DNA from: an uncultured Ignavibacteriales bacterium
GTDB lineage: Bacteria > Zixibacteria > MSB-5A5 > GN15 > FEB-12
DNA: 64,000 nucleotides
Direction: 5' to 3'
Assembly: GCA_964464605.1 (NCBI GenBank)
Contig: CAYXJN010000003.1
Coordinates: 124,001 to 188,000 of the forward strand
The notes under the pieces are model-generated. The model ran no database searches. It was not told the origin of the DNA and saw only the letters and a list, made by a program, of their open reading frames with translations. The stretch's first letter is position 1. Each line of letters opens with the position of its first letter. A program made the position numbers and the translations under genes. Below are positions 59,578 through 64,000 of the stretch, in pieces.

Positions 59578-61299
59578 TCAGATACTGAGCGTCTTGTAGT
59601 TCTTGCGGAAATCGAAAATCAATTTCGTGATGACGTACGCCGTGAACAGCGAAATCAACACACCCCAAAACAGGGAAACCGCAAACCCTTTGATGGTACC
59701 GGAGCCCATTAAGAACAGCGCACCGGCGGTGATTAATGTCGTTACGTGTGAGTCTAAAATAGCAACCCAGGCGCGGTCGTAACCGGCATCAATAGCCGCC
59801 CGTACCGATTTGCCGGCAATCAACTCTTCACGTATACGCTCAAATATCAGAATGTTGGAGTCGACCGACATACCGATAGTCAGAATAATTCCGGCTATGC
59901 CCGGCATGGTCAAGGTCGCACCCAACGCGGCCATTACGGCCAACAGGAAAAAGAGATTAAACAATAACCCGATATCGGCTATCAAACCGGATACGCGGTA
60001 GTAAAACGCGATATATGCCAAGACCAACAAAAGTCCTATAAGAGCAGCCCAGAATCCTTTTTTGATCGAGTCGGACCCAAGGGTTGCGCCTACCACGTTC
60101 TGCGCGATAATTTCCACCGGTGCAGGAAGCGCACCGGCTTTAAGCACGATCGAAAGATCGCGTGCATCTTCGAAGGTCGCCGATGAACCCATCGTAATCT
60201 GTCCGCGATTGCGAATCTTTGAGTTAATCATCGGAGCAGATTCAACCCGGTTGTCGAGCATGATCGCCAGCGGCTTATCGATATTCGAACCGGTTAACTG
60301 CCCGAAAATCGCGGCGCCTTCATCATTCAGCGTAAAGTCAACTGCGATGGCACCGATGTTATCCTGACCCATGACCACGGATTCAAGATATTTTCCGACG
60401 AACTGCGCTTTCCGCTTGAGCACGTACAGCCAGTAGACCTGACGGCCGGACTGGATTTCCGGACGGGTCGACCAGGCAAACTGAATATCTACCGGGATAA
60501 TTCCCTGTACTTCAGGAAGCGCCAGCCATCGTTCAATTTTTTCCTTGTCCCGCTCGGCAACGATAAAACCGGGCCAGTTCATACCTGTACGCTGGTTGCT
60601 GAGACCTAACTCAAGGTGTGATGAAAAGGTCGCTGAACCGTCGGTTGTTGCCGTCGGCTCTTCGAACGCAAATTCATCCTTCGTGGCGGCGCCGGTATCG
60701 GTATTCCCCATCAACTGTTTCAAAATATCCGCAGAATCATTCGAAGCGGTTGCAGGTTCTACCAATGGCGGAACAGCCGGCGGTGTCGAGGTAGCCGGCG
60801 TTGCGCCGCTTTCTTTTGCCGCCACAATCGAATCGATTTTTGCGATAACGAATGTCGCGTTATCGTAGCTTTCCATCAGCTTGAATTCAAGCAAGGCGGT
60901 CTGGCCGATAAGCTCACGGGCGTGGGAAGCATCCGTGTATCCCGGCAGATCGATCGAGATGCGGTCGGTTCCTTCTTTGACGATAATCGGTTCCGCCACA
61001 CCGAGCGCGTCTATTCGGTTGCGGATAACTTCAATCGCGCGGTCGACAGCATCCTTTCGTTCTTCTTCGTTTAGCTCTTCCATCTTGACGCGCATGACAA
61101 CGTGAATACCGCCCTGCAAGTCAAGGCCAAGGCGAATCGCTTTTTGCTGCATGTGCAACAGTGCGCCGGGATCTTTGTCACTGATCGCTTTTTTGTCTGC
61201 ATCACTCATCGTCCACAAATTGAACGTCGGCCAAAAGGCAAAGAGTGAGGCGACGACTAACAATGCGGTTAAACCTACCCGCAATGCGTTTTTTGACAT
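59578..61299 (-). CDS. secD: Protein translocase subunit SecD
   Basis: LGLDLQGG, RIDALGVAEP, AGALPAP, TMPGIAG, VDSNILIFERIREE. Confidence 0.96.
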   Translation of the reverse strand: MSKNALRVGLTALLVVASLFAFWPTFNLWTMSDADKKAISDKDPGALLHMQQKAIRLGLDLQGGIHVVMRVKMEELNEEERKDAVDRAIEVIRNRIDALGVAEPIIVKEGTDRISIDLPGYTDASHARELIGQTALLEFKLMESYDNATFVIAKIDSIVAAKESGATPATSTPPAVPPLVEPATASNDSADILKQLMGNTDTGAATKDEFAFEEPTATTDGSATFSSHLELGLSNQRTGMNWPGFIVAERDKEKIERWLALPEVQGIIPVDIQFAWSTRPEIQSGRQVYWLYVLKRKAQFVGKYLESVVMGQDNIGAIAVDFTLNDEGAAIFGQLTGSNIDKPLAIMLDNRVESAPMINSKIRNRGQITMGSSATFEDARDLSIVLKAGALPAPVEIIAQNVVGATLGSDSIKKGFWAALIGLLLVLAYIAFYYRVSGLIADIGLLFNLFFLLAVMAALGATLTMPGIAGIILTIGMSVDSNILIFERIREELIAGKSVRAAIDAGYDRAWVAILDSHVTTLITAGALFLMGSGTIKGFAVSLFWGVLISLFTAYVITKLIFDFRKNYKTLSI

Positions 61300-61403
61300 A
61301 TCACTATTCCTCTCCTAAAAAAGTATATACAGAGTATTTCCCGCGCTATTCGATCACGAACAGTTCAGGAAAACTAAATCAACTAATGCAACGATAGCGG
61401 TAG

Positions 61404-61829
61404 TTAGCTGGTGCCTGAGGGACGGGAGCCAACAAGAGTAACTTGTCTGGCCAGTGCGGTATGGACGGTACCACGGGAGGTGGGTAAATATGATGAAGAA
61501 ATATTTGAGTTCGTAGAAAGGCGTTCGTACAGATTTCCCAAATACTGCGCTTTGGTGTGCGTCGGCGCCTGAGTAATACCCGAAGCCTGCATGCTTACCA
61601 CAGCTGATTGCTGGCAGTACGGGCGCGGGGTCATGCCGTTGGTTTCTTTGTCCGGCGCGGGCGAGTTTATTAGCAGAACCGGGGTGGAAATCTCTTTTGT
61701 GGATTTAGGCTTGGCAGTTAAAACGGCGTCTGAAAGCGGGAAGGCCTGAGTGACCATAAAACAGACTGACAAAACAACAGGCAGAACTGTTCGCAGGAAG
61801 GTCTTTGTTTTGCAGAGTATTGCTTTCAT
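61404..61829 (-). CDS. Hypothetical protein with N-terminal hydrophobic segment
   Basis: Only sizeable ORF in the gap; low-complexity S/T/P body. Confidence 0.4.
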   Translation of the reverse strand: MKAILCKTKTFLRTVLPVVLSVCFMVTQAFPLSDAVLTAKPKSTKEISTPVLLINSPAPDKETNGMTPRPYCQQSAVVSMQASGITQAPTHTKAQYLGNLYERLSTNSNISSSYLPTSRGTVHTALARQVTLVGSRPSGTS

Positions 61830-61919
61830 AAACCGGCCGTCAATATAGCTGAATTCCTCGGCTTGGCAATTCCGTTCTCATCCACAGGGTATCAAGCAAA
61901 TCCTGCTCCAAACGGCTAA

Positions 61920-62825
61920 TTATCCACGGATTATCATGTTAACAATATCCCCGCGCAATAATGCTCCGACCAATTTCCCGTTTTCGGTAACAAACACTCT
62001 GCGGATATCCTTAAAAATCATCATAGCGGCCGCTTCGACAATACGGGTCGTCGGCGCCGTGGTTTCGAATTCCTGACGGTACAACTGCGAAACGCGGATT
62101 TTATCTTCCTGTTTGAGCAGTTCTTCAAACGGTTCGACATCCATTGAGTAATTCAAATTTGATATAAGCGTTTTGTAATCGGGCAAAGCGGCTTTAATCA
62201 AGTCCCGGTCGTCGATAACCCCGATCATAGTCCCATCTTTATCGAGGACCGGAATGGCGGTCATACGAAATCGAAACATCATATTGGCGGCATCGCGCAA
62301 CGTGTTGTCCGGTGTTACAGTCGCGGGAACATGGCGCATGACATCTTTCACCATCAGTTCTTTGTCGACAGTGACGTTGGCATCGGCTACGAGCTTGAGA
62401 AAATCCCGCTTGTTGGTGGTCGCTAAAATTTTTTCAAGCGAACCGGGCATACGGGCAAGGCTGGCGAAACCGGATAAGGTTTGTAAATACAGCTTGGCAA
62501 TCGTCGCTGGCGTCAACAGCAAGCAGAGGACATGCAGCGGAACGCCATCTGTCGTTTTATCGGTCAGCCCTTTTTTGGAAACGCCGACCAGGATATATAA
62601 TTCTGAAACTGCATCTGTTCGCGCGTGCGGAAAGGCAAAGCCGCGGCCGTATGACGTATTTTCGATCTCTTCCCGTTCACGCACCGAAGCTAAAATCGCG
62701 TCGAAGTTCAGCTTCAAGCCCTCATCCCGAATCATGTCGACTAATTCCCGAATCGCCTCATCCTTAGTCGTCGCGGCAAGATTCAGATTAACCCTGCGCT
62801 CCATGATTAAATTCGCGAGTTTCAT
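61920..62825 (-). CDS. PTS IIA (Ntr/Fru-type) domain fused to a CBS pair
   Basis: ERE..NTSYG.GFAFPHAR (phospho-His), then VKDVM..VTPDNTL and a second CBS repeat. Confidence 0.85.
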   Translation of the reverse strand: MKLANLIMERRVNLNLAATTKDEAIRELVDMIRDEGLKLNFDAILASVREREEIENTSYGRGFAFPHARTDAVSELYILVGVSKKGLTDKTTDGVPLHVLCLLLTPATIAKLYLQTLSGFASLARMPGSLEKILATTNKRDFLKLVADANVTVDKELMVKDVMRHVPATVTPDNTLRDAANMMFRFRMTAIPVLDKDGTMIGVIDDRDLIKAALPDYKTLISNLNYSMDVEPFEELLKQEDKIRVSQLYRQEFETTAPTTRIVEAAAMMIFKDIRRVFVTENGKLVGALLRGDIVNMIIRG

Positions 62826-63499
62826 GATACCACCACGCGCGCTCTATCCTCCGTGTAGGGTGTTAACGTAAACTCCTTCGGCGATACAACACCGCCCGAG
62901 ACGAGATAATTCACACCTTCCTGAATCGTCATATTCGTTACAACCTGGATCTGCGGTATTGGTGTCAGTACCACGAACCCTGACATCGGTGTTGGCGTGG
63001 AAGGGACAAAGACCGCTATTAATTCATTGTTGTTCATATCCTGTTTTATCTGCACCCGGTTAGTAATAAAACCAAGCGCCCACGTACCCAACCGGGGGTA
63101 TTCAATCATTACCACTTCACTAAACGACTGCGTACTCGGCAGGGCAATCGCCTCCAGCAGTTGTTTAGAAGCAGTATAAATCGGCTTGATTAACGGGACA
63201 TTCACAATCAGCCGTTCCCAGATTTGCACCACATACCGGCCGATAAAATTGTGCGTCAAAATCCCCATTACCAAAACGAGCGCCAGCGTAGCGACAATGC
63301 CTAAACCGGGCAGCGGACGGCCGACTAATTCAATAATAAGCGGCTGGAGAATGCCGTCGACGATATTAAAGAGAAAGCGGAGTACTAAATAGGTGAGAAT
63401 GAGCGGTACGACCACCAGCACACCCGCCAGAAAGTACCGTCGGAGCATCATAAAGAATGAGTTTCGGTCAGACATCTGATTTGGAGGAACCAATTCCAC
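62822..63499 (-). CDS. DUF502 membrane protein
   Basis: FLAGVLVVVP, IEYPR, FVPSTPTPMSGF, VSGG. Confidence 0.9.
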   Translation of the reverse strand: MELVPPNQMSDRNSFFMMLRRYFLAGVLVVVPLILTYLVLRFLFNIVDGILQPLIIELVGRPLPGLGIVATLALVLVMGILTHNFIGRYVVQIWERLIVNVPLIKPIYTASKQLLEAIALPSTQSFSEVVMIEYPRLGTWALGFITNRVQIKQDMNNNELIAVFVPSTPTPMSGFVVLTPIPQIQVVTNMTIQEGVNYLVSGGVVSPKEFTLTPYTEDRARVVVS

Positions 63500-63553
63500 C
63501 TGTGGACAACATACCGGTTGTAACCGGTAACTGTCAACTTGAAAAGGAACCGG

Positions 63554-63937
63554 TTACAGCATCGCTATAACTTCAATTTCTATTTTGACATCCCGCGGCA
63601 ACCGGGAAACTTCAACCGTCGAACGGGCGGGCGGATCGGCGGTGAAGTAACTTCCGTACACGCCGTTTACCGCTTCGAAATCATTCATGTCTTTCAAAAA
63701 AATCGTCGTTTTCACCACATGCGACAAATCGGTTCCGGCAGCGGCTAATAACCCTTTGATATTTTCCATCACCTTTCGGCACTGCTCACCCGCAGTCGCA
63801 CCGACAATCTCTTTCGTATTTGGATCGAGCGGAATCTGTCCGGAACAAAACAACATTTTTCCGCAGGCAACACGGATCGCCTGCGAGTATGGACCGATAG
63901 CGGCAGGAGCTTCGGTCGTTCTAATAATTTCTCTCAT
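63554..63937 (-). CDS. ridA: RidA/YjgF reactive intermediate deaminase
   Basis: PAAIGPYSQA, SGQIP, PARSTVEV..LP, IEIE. Confidence 0.93.
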   Translation of the reverse strand: MREIIRTTEAPAAIGPYSQAIRVACGKMLFCSGQIPLDPNTKEIVGATAGEQCRKVMENIKGLLAAAGTDLSHVVKTTIFLKDMNDFEAVNGVYGSYFTADPPARSTVEVSRLPRDVKIEIEVIAML

Positions 63938-64000
63938 CTATCGTCACTTTCTCATTCATAGGTTTTCTTGCACGTACGTAAACATAGCACACAACCTATG

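Overview
A 64-kb bacterial chromosomal window at roughly 50% GC. The C-terminal dockerin-like repeat (GDVNG...SDLVYLVxYLF.GGPPP) suggests candidate phylum Zixibacteria or a relative (inference). Most of it is housekeeping: gyrB/DciA, pth-rpsF-rpsR-rplI, secDF, lepB-hemW-tadA, copA, thiL, msrA. The notable parts are: (i) a Phe/Tyr catabolic operon (flavin-reductase-like, acetoacetate-CoA ligase, long phenylalanine hydroxylase, PCD) converging on a folE / triple-domain PTPS / sepiapterin-reductase-like SDR operon, an apparently self-contained tetrahydrobiopterin system; (ii) a secreted lysyl-oxidase-PPC-dockerin protein beside a SET-domain gene; (iii) an AT-richer variable islet at the 3' end of tRNA-Ser(CGA), with an internally deleted VOC gene and REP-like hairpins; (iv) tandem Met/Cys-rich secreted paralogs divergent from a ~500-nt promoter-to-terminator, hairpin-rich unit (candidate structured ncRNA and/or coupled sORFs); (v) an unannotated 48-aa RHH-like ORF. 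I saw no CRISPR array, integrase or intact transposase. All family calls come from motif recognition only; no database search was run.
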